A stretch of DNA of 64,000 bases from Candidatus Methylophosphatis haderslevensis (GTDB lineage: Bacteria; Pseudomonadota; Gammaproteobacteria; Burkholderiales; Rhodocyclaceae): the NCBI GenBank assembly GCA_016711925.1, contig JADJSA010000007.1, forward strand, positions 18,087-82,086, written 5' to 3'. Shown in pieces: positions 31,986 through 42,996 of the stretch; within the stretch, counting starts at the first letter, position 1, and every line of letters begins with the position of its first letter. The notes beneath the pieces were generated by a model. That model was not told the origin of the DNA. It searched no databases and saw nothing but the letters and a program-made list of their open reading frames with translations. The position numbers and the translations under genes were made by a program.

Positions 31986-32003
31986 CCGTCATTGCGCCGT
32001 CAC
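31986..32003 (+). promoter_or_regulatory. Pho-box-like direct repeat CCGTCAT-tgcg-CCGTCAC upstream of glpQ
   Basis: Two 7-mers at 11-bp periodicity, each matching CTGTCAT at 6 of 7 positions. They end 50 nt upstream of the glpQ ATG. Confidence 0.45.
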
Positions 32004-32052
32004 ATCCAGGCACTAGCCTCCAAGGTCTTCTCACCCCCGGAGGATCACGACC

Positions 32053-33294
32053 ATGGAATTCACCTTGAAGACTATTGTCTCCGCGCTGGTCGCTGGCAGC
32101 CTGAGCCTGAGCCCGGCCGGACCGGCTGCAGCAAACGACGGACACGGTGGCGCCGCACAAGGGTCGCCGCTGGTGATCGGACATCGCGGTACCGCCGGCT
32201 ATCTGCCTGACCACACGCTGGAAGGCTATGCGCTGGCGATTGAACTCGGCGCCGACTACATCGAGCCGGATCTGGTGTCGACCAAGGACGGCGTACTGAT
32301 CGCGCGCCACGAACCGAACATCGTCGCAACCACCGACGTGGCGGATCATCCGGAGTTTGCATCGCGAAGGCGCGACGCGCTGGTGGATGGCGTTCTGGAG
32401 AACGGCTTCTTCGTATCCGACTTCACGCTCGCGGAAATCAAGACGCTGCACGCAAAACAGCCGATCCCGCAGGACAGGCCGAGGCAATTCGACGGGAAGT
32501 TCGAGATTCCCACCTTCGATGAAATCATCGATCTGGCCAAACGCAAGTCTCGCGAAACCGGCCGCACTATCGGCATCTACGCCGAAACCAAGCACCCGAC
32601 CTACCATCAATCGCTGAACCTGCCGCTGGAGCACAAGCTACTTGCCGCACTCACCAAGGCCGGCTGGAACCACCGCAGCGCGCCTGTGTTCATCCAGAGC
32701 TTCGAGCAAGGCAACCTAAAGGCGCTGCACAAGAAAACCAGCGTGCGTCTGATCCAACTCGTGGACGCCGACGATGTGAATGCCGACGGGACGCTGGCCT
32801 ACAACCCGCCGTTCGACCGTCCGTATGACTGGACGATCTCCGGCAAGCCGGAATTGCTGGCACGCACGTTCGGCTGGTTCGCCACCGACGCGGGGCTCGA
32901 CGACGTGGCCTCCTACGCCTATGGCATCGGTCCGTGGAAACGCTACATCGTGAGTACCCTGGCCGACCCGAATGGCAGCGGCCCTGGTGAAGCGGCGCGC
33001 AAGCTCGCACCGCCAAACGACCTGATCGCCCGCGCCCACGCGCGTGGCCTGAAGGTGCACACATGGACCTTCCGCAATGAACAGCGCCGGCTGGCGGGCG
33101 ACTACGGCGACAACCCGGTAAATGAGTACCTCCAGTTCTACCGCCTCGGTATCGATGGCGTGTTCTCCGATTTCGCTGATACCGCGGTGGCCGCGCGCAT
33201 GCTCTATCGCCTGGAGCAGGACGGTTACAACAAATGCTTCACTGGAAATGACTTGTCGCGGGCCGAGCAGCGCGCCTGTGAAGTAGAAAACTAA
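32053..33294 (+). CDS. glpQ: periplasmic glycerophosphodiester phosphodiesterase
   Basis: Signal peptide followed by [47 protein letters not shown], the GDPD catalytic motif. Confidence 0.85.
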   Translation: MEFTLKTIVSALVAGSLSLSPAGPAAANDGHGGAAQGSPLVIGHRGTAGYLPDHTLEGYALAIELGADYIEPDLVSTKDGVLIARHEPNIVATTDVADHPEFASRRRDALVDGVLENGFFVSDFTLAEIKTLHAKQPIPQDRPRQFDGKFEIPTFDEIIDLAKRKSRETGRTIGIYAETKHPTYHQSLNLPLEHKLLAALTKAGWNHRSAPVFIQSFEQGNLKALHKKTSVRLIQLVDADDVNADGTLAYNPPFDRPYDWTISGKPELLARTFGWFATDAGLDDVASYAYGIGPWKRYIVSTLADPNGSGPGEAARKLAPPNDLIARAHARGLKVHTWTFRNEQRRLAGDYGDNPVNEYLQFYRLGIDGVFSDFADTAVAARMLYRLEQDGYNKCFTGNDLSRAEQRACEVEN

Positions 33295-33675
33295 GCACGT
33301 GATCGCCGGGACGATCTGCGACTTGGTCCCGGCGCGACGAATACGACGCGGCCAAGTGTTTGGAGACGTGCTGCCACTGACGCCCTGACTACATCGCGAC
33401 ACGCCAGCCGGCAACGTCGAGGAATTCGGAAGCCGGTGATGTTGCCTAACGTCTGACGCCGCCGGGCGTTGGTCTGCAGCCTGAAAGAAGGTTGTTGGTC
33501 GAAGCGCTGGCGAGTGCGCAAAACCGTGTGAGATGGCGACACGAGGCGCTTTACAGTGGACGAGGAAGCAATCGCTCGGACACTACTACGATTGTTTTCG
33601 TTTTCCAATGGCGACGGCGGCAGAATCCACGGTTATTGCGCGCTTTCGATCTCTGCCGGCCGTCTTGATACTGCA

Positions 33676-34506
33676 ATGGTCTCGACACGCAGATGCAACG
33701 GACGCTTGAGAGCATCCGTAGCCGTGCCGTGCGTCAGATCCCTATTCCTCTCGGACATTCATCTCGGAACCCGTGCCTGCCAGGCCGACCGGTTGCTCGA
33801 CTTCCTTCGCGAGTACTCGGCCGAGCGCCTGTTCCTCATCGGCGACATCGTCGACTTCTGGTCGATGAGCCGTGGCATCCACTGGAGTCGGGAGCAGAAC
33901 GTGGTTGTGCAGAAGCTGCTGCGACGCGCCCGGCACGGCGAACAGATCATCTTCATCCCGGGCAATCACGACGAGGTGTTGCGGGAATACTGCGGAACGG
34001 TCTTTGGCGACATTCGTGTCGAGCAGGAGTGGATCCACACGACCGCGGATGGCCGCCGTTTTCTGTTGGTCCATGGTGACGAATTCGATCAGGTTACACG
34101 TCACCATCGCTGGGTCGCCATACTCGGCGATGTCTCCTACAACCTGCTGGTGCGGATCAACGTCTGGCTGTCCTGGCTGCGGCGCCGGCTGGGCCGCTCC
34201 GGCTACTGGTCGTTGGCCGGATACGCAAAACGTCGCATCAAGCATGCGCTGCAGTTCATCTTCGACTTTGAGGAGTCTGTCTTGCACGCTGCCCGCTTGC
34301 GCGGCGTTGACGGGGTCGTTTGCGGCCACATCCATTGGGCCAGGATCAGCGAGGTTGGTGGACTCACCTACGTCAACTGCGGCGACTGGGTGGATTCGTG
34401 TACCGGGATCGTCGAGCACTTCGACGGCAGACTGGAGATCGTGGAATGGACGGCGCATTGCGTTGCGCCGGTTCTTGCAAGCAGGCCGCTGGAGGAAGCC
34501 GCATGA
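33676..34506 (+). CDS. LpxH-family metallophosphoesterase, PlcP-like (candidate phospholipase C for lipid remodelling)
   Basis: LFLSDIHLG, LIGDIVDFW, IPGNHD, LVHGDEFD, VCGHIH. The stop overlaps the start of the downstream glycosyltransferase (ATGA). Confidence 0.7.
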   Translation: MVSTRRCNGRLRASVAVPCVRSLFLSDIHLGTRACQADRLLDFLREYSAERLFLIGDIVDFWSMSRGIHWSREQNVVVQKLLRRARHGEQIIFIPGNHDEVLREYCGTVFGDIRVEQEWIHTTADGRRFLLVHGDEFDQVTRHHRWVAILGDVSYNLLVRINVWLSWLRRRLGRSGYWSLAGYAKRRIKHALQFIFDFEESVLHAARLRGVDGVVCGHIHWARISEVGGLTYVNCGDWVDSCTGIVEHFDGRLEIVEWTAHCVAPVLASRPLEEAA

Positions 34507-35711
34507 AGGTCCTGATGGTGACCGACGTTGCATTGCCACGCGTCAACGGCGTGTCGACGGCGATCGCCACGTATCGCAATGGTCTGGGCACCCACGGAAT
34601 CAAGACCCGACTGATCGCCCCGCGTTACGGCAACGAGCCATGCGAGTCGGACACGACGCGCCTCTCCGGTTGGCGCGTGCCGTTCGACCCGGAGGACCGC
34701 CTGGTTCTGCCGGCCCGGCTGCGGCGGGCCGCCATCGATGCGGCGCGCGATGCGGATCTCATACACATCCACACGCCGTTTGCCGCGCACTACGCGGGTC
34801 TTGCTGCTGCGCGGCGTTTCAATCCGCCGGTAGTGGCGACCTACCACACGTTGTTTGAAGAGTATCTGCACCTGTATGCAAGTGCACTACCGGAACGCGC
34901 GATGCGGGCGTCAGCGCGCACGGTGTCCCGTGCGCAGTGCAACACTTTGTCGGCGAGCATCGTTCCTTCGCAGGCGATGGCGCAACGCCTGCGTGAATAC
35001 GGCATCCGCACACCGATACACGTGGTTCCGACCGGTGTGCCGGTCGAACAATTCGCGGTGGTCGACCGGGCCGAGTGCCGCGCCCGCTTTCGCGCCTGCC
35101 ACGACATACCGCTGGAGCGGCCGGTGGCGCTGTTTGTTGGACGTGCCGCACATGAAAAGAACATCGAGTACCTGATCGAAGCACTCGGCTACGCGCACGC
35201 AAGCGCACCGGATTTGCTGTTGCTGATCGCTGGCGACGGACCGGCGATCTCGCACCTGCAGCGCCAGGCACAGCGATTTGGGCACGCGGACAGCATTCGG
35301 TTCATCGGCTACCTTGATCGTGCGGCGCAACTACCCGAGTGTTATGCCGCAGCCGACTTCTTCGTCTTCGCCTCGCGGACCGAAACCCAGGGACTGGTGC
35401 TGATCGAGGCCATGGCGAGCGGCCTTCCGGTCGTGGCACTGGCGGCAATGGGAACCTGCGATCTGCTGGAAAGCCGCCGCGGCGCGTTGGTGCCCGCGGA
35501 TGACGTCGAGGCCTTCGGTGCGGCAATGGCGCATCTGGCCAATCACGACAAGCAGCGCCACCGTCTCGGCAACGAGGCGCGCCTGCTGGCTGCCGAATGG
35601 TCCGATCGCGCCCTGACCGCGCGGTTGGCTGCCTTGTATCGGCACATCTTAGCCGAGCATCGAATGACCGTCCGAGCCCTGACTGCGGCGGGCGACGCTG
35701 GTTGCGCCTGA
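34503..35711 (+). CDS. GT4-family glycosyltransferase (Agt-like)
   Basis: MKVLMVTDVALPRVNGVSTAI... and the GT-B C-terminal E-x7-E region FVFASRTETQGLVLIEAMASGLPVVA. Confidence 0.8.
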   Translation: MKVLMVTDVALPRVNGVSTAIATYRNGLGTHGIKTRLIAPRYGNEPCESDTTRLSGWRVPFDPEDRLVLPARLRRAAIDAARDADLIHIHTPFAAHYAGLAAARRFNPPVVATYHTLFEEYLHLYASALPERAMRASARTVSRAQCNTLSASIVPSQAMAQRLREYGIRTPIHVVPTGVPVEQFAVVDRAECRARFRACHDIPLERPVALFVGRAAHEKNIEYLIEALGYAHASAPDLLLLIAGDGPAISHLQRQAQRFGHADSIRFIGYLDRAAQLPECYAAADFFVFASRTETQGLVLIEAMASGLPVVALAAMGTCDLLESRRGALVPADDVEAFGAAMAHLANHDKQRHRLGNEARLLAAEWSDRALTARLAALYRHILAEHRMTVRALTAAGDAGCA

Positions 35712-35929
35712 GCCCCACCACACGCCACCACACGCCGCCCAAATGGATTGTCGGTTTGAAGGTGCAGGCTCAAGGCTGGCCCGCCGACAATTGGCGACCA
35801 GTTGACTGGCATAACTGCGACAGGTCGCACGTCGCATTGGACTGGGTTCGGTGTGTCGGTGGCACCTACTCCCGAAGACAGCGGCCTGCCGTTCGCCAGG
35901 GCGATGTAGCGAACGAGTCGCTCCCGGCA

Positions 35930-35947
35930 CTGTAACAAGCGCGTCAT
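35930..35947 (+). promoter_or_regulatory. weaker Pho-box-like repeat CTGTAAC-aagc-GCGTCAT upstream of pit
   Basis: Two 7-mers at 11-bp periodicity, each matching CTGTCAT at 5 of 7 positions. They end 46 nt upstream of ATG 35993, the same geometry as the glpQ site. Confidence 0.3.
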
Positions 35948-35992
35948 CTGCCTCGAATACAGTCGGAAACCTACTCATCCCGGAGCGCCACC

Positions 35993-36760
35993 ATGAACAC
36001 AGCGGCTACTGCAGTGCCGGCGTCCGCCGCGTCGCGGCCTCACCTCGATCACAAACCCGGTCCGGTGACTGCCATCATCTTTTTCGGGATGCTCGCGATT
36101 GGTCTGTTGTTCGCCGGATACAGCCTTGTAACGGATATCAGTGATGCGGGTGGCCGCGCGGTCACCTTGGTGCCCTATATCCTGCTCGGGGTGGCACTCT
36201 TGATCGCCCTTGGGTTCGAGTTTGTCAACGGGTTCCACGACACGGCCAACGCGGTGGCAACGGTGATCTACACTCATTCGCTGCCTCCGAACTTCGCTGT
36301 CGTCTGGTCCGGCCTGTTCAACTTCGTCGGTGTGCTGGTTTCGAGCGGCGCCGTCGCGTTCGGCATCATCTCGCTGCTACCGGTTGAACTGATCCTTCAG
36401 GTCGGGTCCGGTGCAGGCTTCGCAATGGTCTTTGCCTTGCTGATCGCTGCAATCATCTGGAATCTGGGAACCTGGTGGCTGGGTTTGCCGGCATCGTCGT
36501 CCCACACGCTGATCGGTTCGATCATTGGCGTTGGCGTTGCGAATGCGCTCATGCATGGTCGCGACGGGACGAGTGGCGTCGACTGGGCGCAGGCCACCAA
36601 GGTCGGCTATTCGCTACTGCTTTCGCCCCTGGTTGGATTTGGCTGCGCCGCGCTTCTGTTGCTGACTCTGCGGGCCTTGGTTAAGAATCGGGAACTCTAC
36701 GAGGAACCCAAGGGCAACAAGCCGCCGCCCTTGTGGATTCGCGTGTCGGCGCGCGTTTAA
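35993..36760 (+). pseudogene. pit: PiT-family inorganic phosphate transporter, 3' half removed at the IS21 junction
   Basis: GFEFVNGFHDTANAVATVIYT and SSSHTLIGSIIG motifs. Homology stops at ...KGNKPPPLWIR, where E. coli PitA continues for about 250 more residues. The last 5 codons and the stop come from the IS end. Confidence 0.8.
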
Positions 36761-36969
36761 TAATACCCAGGGGTGCGCGTTGAATTTTACCCAGGGGCTT
36801 TAGCTGCCCATCATAGGGCGATCTGTGGATAAGTTTAGCGTATTCACAAGGTGTGGGGCACCTCCAATCATTGCGGTTGTCTTCTTGTGACGTAATCAGA
36901 AGGTCCTCGGTTGCGCGGGGAAGCCGCGTAGGGCGTAGCCCGGAGCGGATTTCCCCGCGCGGCCGCGAC

Positions 36970-37772
36970 TCAAATGGGCGTCTCCTCGGTGGTTGGTCTG
37001 GGGCGCTTGCTCTGCTCTCTGGCCTTGATGCGCGACTTTGCCGTCGCGCTGCTATGGCGAAACCGGTAGGACTCGTTGCCTGTCTCCACGATATGACAGT
37101 GATGCGTCAGGCGGTCCAGCAGCGCCGTCGTCATCTTCGCATCGCCAAACACGCTGGCCCACTCGCCGAAGGTCAGGTTCGTCGTGATCATCACGCTGGT
37201 GTGCTCATAGAGCTTGGACAGCAGGTGGAACAGCAAGGCGCCGCCGGCCTGACTGAAGGGCAGATAGCCCAGTTCGTCCAGAATCACCAGGTCCATGCGC
37301 AACAGGGCAAAGGCCAGTTCCCGGCCTTGCCGGCCGCCTTTCTTGCTCCAGTAGGTTCACCAGATCGACCGTCGAGTAGAAGCGCACCCGCTTGCCGTGG
37401 CCGGTGATGCCGGAGATGCCAAGCGCTGTGGCCAGATGCGTCTTGCCCGTTCCGGTCCCACCGATGAACACGACGTTGTGGGCTGCCTCCGCGAAGGAGA
37501 GCTCGGACAGCTCCGTGATCAGGCCACGATCCACCTTCGACTGCTCGAATTCGAATCCGGCGAGATCGCGATGCACCGGAAACTTGGCGGTGTGCAACTG
37601 GTAACTGATCGAGCGTATGGCCCGATCCGCGTGCTCGGTGTCCAGTAGATGCTCGATTAGCCAACGGGCGGACTGAAGCCCTGCCGAGTTGCCCTGAGCA
37701 ACGAGCTTCCTCCCATGCGCCGGCCATCCCATACAGGCGCAATGCCTTGAGTTGCGCAGCGACATCACGCAT
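36970..37772 (-). pseudogene. istB: IS21 helper ATPase IstB, at least three frame breaks
   Basis: MRDVAAQLKALRLYGMAGAWEE, then LVAQGNSAGLQ...FIGGTGTGKTHLATALG...[10 protein letters not shown], then KAAGKAG, then [31 protein letters not shown]...[21 protein letters not shown]. These pieces are spread over three frames. Confidence 0.8.
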
Positions 37773-39269
37773 GGCTCATCTCCCCGCGCAGGCGGTCATA
37801 GCGCCCGGTATCGGCAATGGGCGCCTCGGCAACCTCCAGACTGGTCTCCACGCACTCGGGCGGGGCTGCCGCCTTGAGCCGATTGAGCACATTCTCGACA
37901 TGCTCGGCACTCGGGTTTCCCTGACTCCAGCACCAGTTCCACGGCGACCAGCACGGCCTCAAGCCCGGACTTGGGTACCGCGGCCAGCACCTTCGCCATG
38001 ACGCGGTCGCCGCCTTCGCGCTTGAGCAACAAGCCGCGCAGGCGCAGCAGTGGCTCGGGCATGTCGGCAAACGGCGCGCCATTTCGAAGTGCTCCAGGTT
38101 TCCTCTCGATCAGCGGGATGTAGTGCTGCCAGTCGTAGCGGATCTGGTTGCGCTCGAAGCAACGCACATGGCTGGCCATCACCGCATCGTGGGCAACCAG
38201 TTCCGATGCGCTCCGGGTAGATCCGAATGCTGACCATCTGCCCGACCAGTTCGCACGGTGCCGAGTAACGATTGCGATCCTCGATGACCAAGCATGTGCT
38301 GAGACCTTGCCCAAGGTTTCCACGTAACCGTCGAAGGGCGTGACCATCGGCATCAGACTGGGCTGTTCGTGTTCGAGCATTTCGGCAATGCTCAGGTTCT
38401 CGTACTCCGTGTGGCGCAGTTCCTGCCACAGTGCCCGACAGCGCGCCAGCAGCCAGACATTGAGTTCGGCAAAGCAGCCAAATCGTTCCTGAGCAGCCTC
38501 CTGCCAAATACGCCGCCGGCTGTCCTGCACGTTCTTCTCGACGACGCCTTTCTCCCATCCGCTGGCAACATTGCAGAAGTCGGCATCGAACAGGTAGTGC
38601 GAGGCCATGGCGGCAAAGCGCGTATTGACGATTCGCCCCTTGCCCTTCTTGACCTTGTCGACGGCGGTCTTCATGTTGTCGTAGATGCCACGACGCGGTA
38701 TGCCGCCCAGCGTGGTGAAGGCCCGCGTATGCGCATCGAACAGCATCTCATGGCTCTGCGTCGGGTACGCCTGTACGACGAAAGCCCGGCTGGCACAGAG
38801 TTTCAGGTGAGAGGCCAGAATCTTGCGCCAGACGCCGCCGATTACCAGCCGTTCTTCGCTCCAGTCGAACTGAAACGCTTCGCCCAGTTCGAATCTCAGC
38901 GGAACATAGGCTTTGGCCAGCGCCTGCCCACCGGCCTCGCGCCAGCGCCGAACAAACTCGGTGACCCGGCAGTAGTCGCCGTCAAAGCCGGCAGTCTGAA
39001 TCTCGCGAAACAGTTTCAGCGCGGTGCGCCGGTCGCGCTTGGGGCGGCGCCCATCAATCTCCAGGGCTTTGGTCAGATGCTCCGCGAAGGGCGCAATCTT
39101 GGTGTCCTCGGCGGGGCGCCGTCGATACACCGGTTCCGTCCCTTCCGCCGCCTTCAGCCAGCCCCTCACAGTCTTGCGCGTGAGGCCCGTACGTCTCTAT
39201 CTCCGATAACGACAGACCATCACGGTAATACAAGCGTCGAACTCTTCCCAATTGCTTCATGGTGATCAT
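37765..39269 (-). pseudogene. istA: IS21 transposase IstA, at least four frame breaks
   Basis: HTH part MITMKQLGRVRRLYYRDGLSLSEIE, then RGWLKAAEGTEP...DWSEERLVIGGVWRKI...(DDE core)...ETLGKVS, then STCLVIEDRNRYSAPCELVGQMVSIRIYPERI, then ELVAHDAVMASH...VLESG, then NPSAEHVENVLNRLKAA...RLRGEMSHA. The pieces lie in alternating frames. Confidence 0.8.
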
Positions 39270-39717
39270 CTCCTTTATCCCTGCTCAACAAATGAGCAGC
39301 GAAGGTAAATCACCCTGGGTAATTTCCAACGCGCACCACCTTACAAAACTGGGTACTTTCGCTCGCGCGTCAACAGCGTATGCAGACGGAAAGCTGCGTT
39401 GACACTCGTTTGAGCCTCTTGCTTAGCAGGCCCAACAAGTGCTGACGCAGTTTTGAATAATGCTAGCAAGCCATGACCAATACGGAAGAGACAGGCTACC
39501 ATCAGGTACTTGGTGAGGAAATCTACGTAGTACGGATCAAACGTATCTTCTGCGAGAAGCAACTGGGTAGATCTTCTAGGTCAGAGTTATTGTTCTGCTT
39601 GTGGCTCACGTAAATTGACTGATGTGGCGCTGGAGGTGAGCCCATCCGGCGCAATGCGCTGCGCTTATTGCGCCCTACAAAGTCCTGAACGGGCGAACGG
39701 TTGTGCGCACGTGACGC

Positions 39718-39800
39718 CAGGAGCCGCATGCACGCGTGCTCTCACGGCATGCCAGGCCAGGAGCGCCATTTCATGCGCCTTCCAGCCTTGCCTGTCTGAA
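39718..39800. repeat. REP-like element, copy D (rearranged/inverted halves)
   Basis: CCAGGAGCCGCATG...CGGCATGCC...GCGCCATTTCATGCGCCTTCCAGCCTTGCCTG shares the GAGCCGCATG, CGGCATG and CCAGCCTTGCC blocks of copies A and B. An 8-bp-stem hairpin GGCGCAAT...ATTGCGCC lies at 39646-39672. Confidence 0.6.
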
Positions 39801-39830
39801 GAACGCCATCCCGCCTGGTCTGCAGGGCAG

Positions 39831-41711
<1,881 letters not shown>

Positions 41712-41781
41712 GAGTTTGCCTCGCAGGTTCCGTGGATCGGTGATGCGGGTACTTCGATTTCCGGCTACTGAGGCGATGGGG

Positions 41782-42105
41782 TCAGATCTGGAAACTCTCG
41801 CCGCAGCCGCACTGGTCCTTGACGTTGGGATTGTTGAACTTGAAACCCTCGTTGAGGCCCTCGCGCACGTAGTCGAGTTCAGTGCCGTCGAGGAACGCCA
41901 GGCTCTTCGGATCGACGAACACGATGACGCCCTTGCTCTCGAAGCTGAAGTCGTCGGGCGTCGCCTCGTCGGCGAATTCCAGCGCGTAGGCCAGTCCGGA
42001 ACAGCCGCTGGTCTTCACCGCGAGGCGCAGGCCGACGCCCTTGCCGCGGCGATCGATGTACTTGCGTACGTGGTTTGCAGCCATATCCGTCAAGGTGATG
42101 CTCAT
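41782..42105 (-). CDS. iscA: A-type Fe-S carrier IscA
   Basis: [13 protein letters not shown]...[16 protein letters not shown]...[23 protein letters not shown] is almost colinear with E. coli IscA. Confidence 0.92.
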   Translation of the reverse strand: MSITLTDMAANHVRKYIDRRGKGVGLRLAVKTSGCSGLAYALEFADEATPDDFSFESKGVIVFVDPKSLAFLDGTELDYVREGLNEGFKFNNPNVKDQCGCGESFQI

Positions 42106-42131
42106 TGCAAGCTCCCGTCTGTGCCGCCCGA

Positions 42132-42518
42132 TTACACCGAGAACGAACTGCCGCAGCCGCAGGTGCTGGAGGCGTTCGGGTTGCTGATCTTGAAGCGCGA
42201 GCCTTCGAGGCCTTCCTCGTAGTCGATCCGGGCGCCGACCAGGTACTGGAAACTCATCGCATCGACCAGCAACGTAACGCCGTTCTTCTCGACCTTCATG
42301 TCATCTTCATTGACCGACTCGTCGAAGGCGAAGCCGTACTCGAAGCCGGAGCAGCCGCCGCCGGAAACAAAGATGCGCAACTTGAGCAGCGGATTGTCTT
42401 CCCCGTCGATCATCTCCTTCACCTTCGCGGCAGCGGCGTCGCTGAAGATCACCGGCACATCGAAGGCAGCGGGTGTGGTGGCGGCGGGTGTGGTTTCCGC
42501 TGCGGCGGCCTGGCTCAT
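42132..42518 (-). CDS. erpA: A-type Fe-S carrier, ErpA-like
   Basis: Own AGGAGA RBS and ATG at 42518. [43 protein letters not shown]...[27 protein letters not shown] closely parallels E. coli ErpA. Confidence 0.85.
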   Translation of the reverse strand: MSQAAAAETTPAATTPAAFDVPVIFSDAAAAKVKEMIDGEDNPLLKLRIFVSGGGCSGFEYGFAFDESVNEDDMKVEKNGVTLLVDAMSFQYLVGARIDYEEGLEGSRFKISNPNASSTCGCGSSFSV

Positions 42519-42977
42519 TTGAGGTCTCCTGTCTCGCTTCTGCGTGGGTGGGCAGGCCGCGGCCGCGGGCGCGCACGCGGTGTAGTCCTTCTCCGAGACT
42601 TCGTGTTTGGCCCGGTAGTCGGCGACCGCTGCCTTGATCGCATCTTCGGCGAGGATCGAACAATGGATCTTCACTGGCGGCAGCGCCAGTTCTTCGGCGA
42701 TGGCCGTGTTCTTGATGGCGAGCGCCTGATCTAGCGTCTTGCCCTTGACCCATTCGGTCACCAGCGAGCTGGAGGCGATGGCCGAGCCGCAGCCGTAGGT
42801 CTTGAACTTGGCGTCTTCGATCACGCCGTCCTTGCTCACCTTGATCTGCAGTTTCATTACGTCGCCGCACGCCGGCGCGCCGACCATGCCGGTGCCCACG
42901 CCGGCATCGGTCGTGTCCAGACTGCCGACATTGCGCGGGTTTTCGTAGTGCTCGATCACTTGTTCGCTGTAGCTCAT
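42515..42977 (-). CDS. iscU: Fe-S scaffold IscU; as sequenced it has no stop and reads through into erpA
   Basis: [19 protein letters not shown]...[13 protein letters not shown]...[11 protein letters not shown]...[13 protein letters not shown]. After ADYRAKHEV the frame continues through GC-rich sequence into erpA. The +1 frame ends at a TGA overlapping the erpA ATG (ATGA), so an indel in 42519-42600 is likely. Confidence 0.8.
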
Positions 42978-42996
42978 GTCGGTTCTCCCGTTGGGG

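Larger units (their letters stand above)
36744..39375 (-). mobile_element. IS21-family insertion sequence (istA-istB), 2.63 kb
   Basis: Terminal inverted repeats: left TGTCGGCGCGCG...TACCCAGGGGTGCGCGTTGAATTTTACCCAGGG, and reverse complement of right TGTTGACGCGCG...TACCCAG...GTGCGCGTTGGAAATTACCCAGGG. Multiple internal repeats are typical of IS21. No matching target-site duplication (flanks ...TTCGCG / GCGTAT...). Confidence 0.85.

Noticed and set aside
36970-39269. Programmed ribosomal frameshifting to explain the IS21 frame breaks
   Set aside because: IS21-family istA and istB are normally single uninterrupted ORFs. There are too many breaks (at least 7), and I noticed no slippery heptamer at the break regions.
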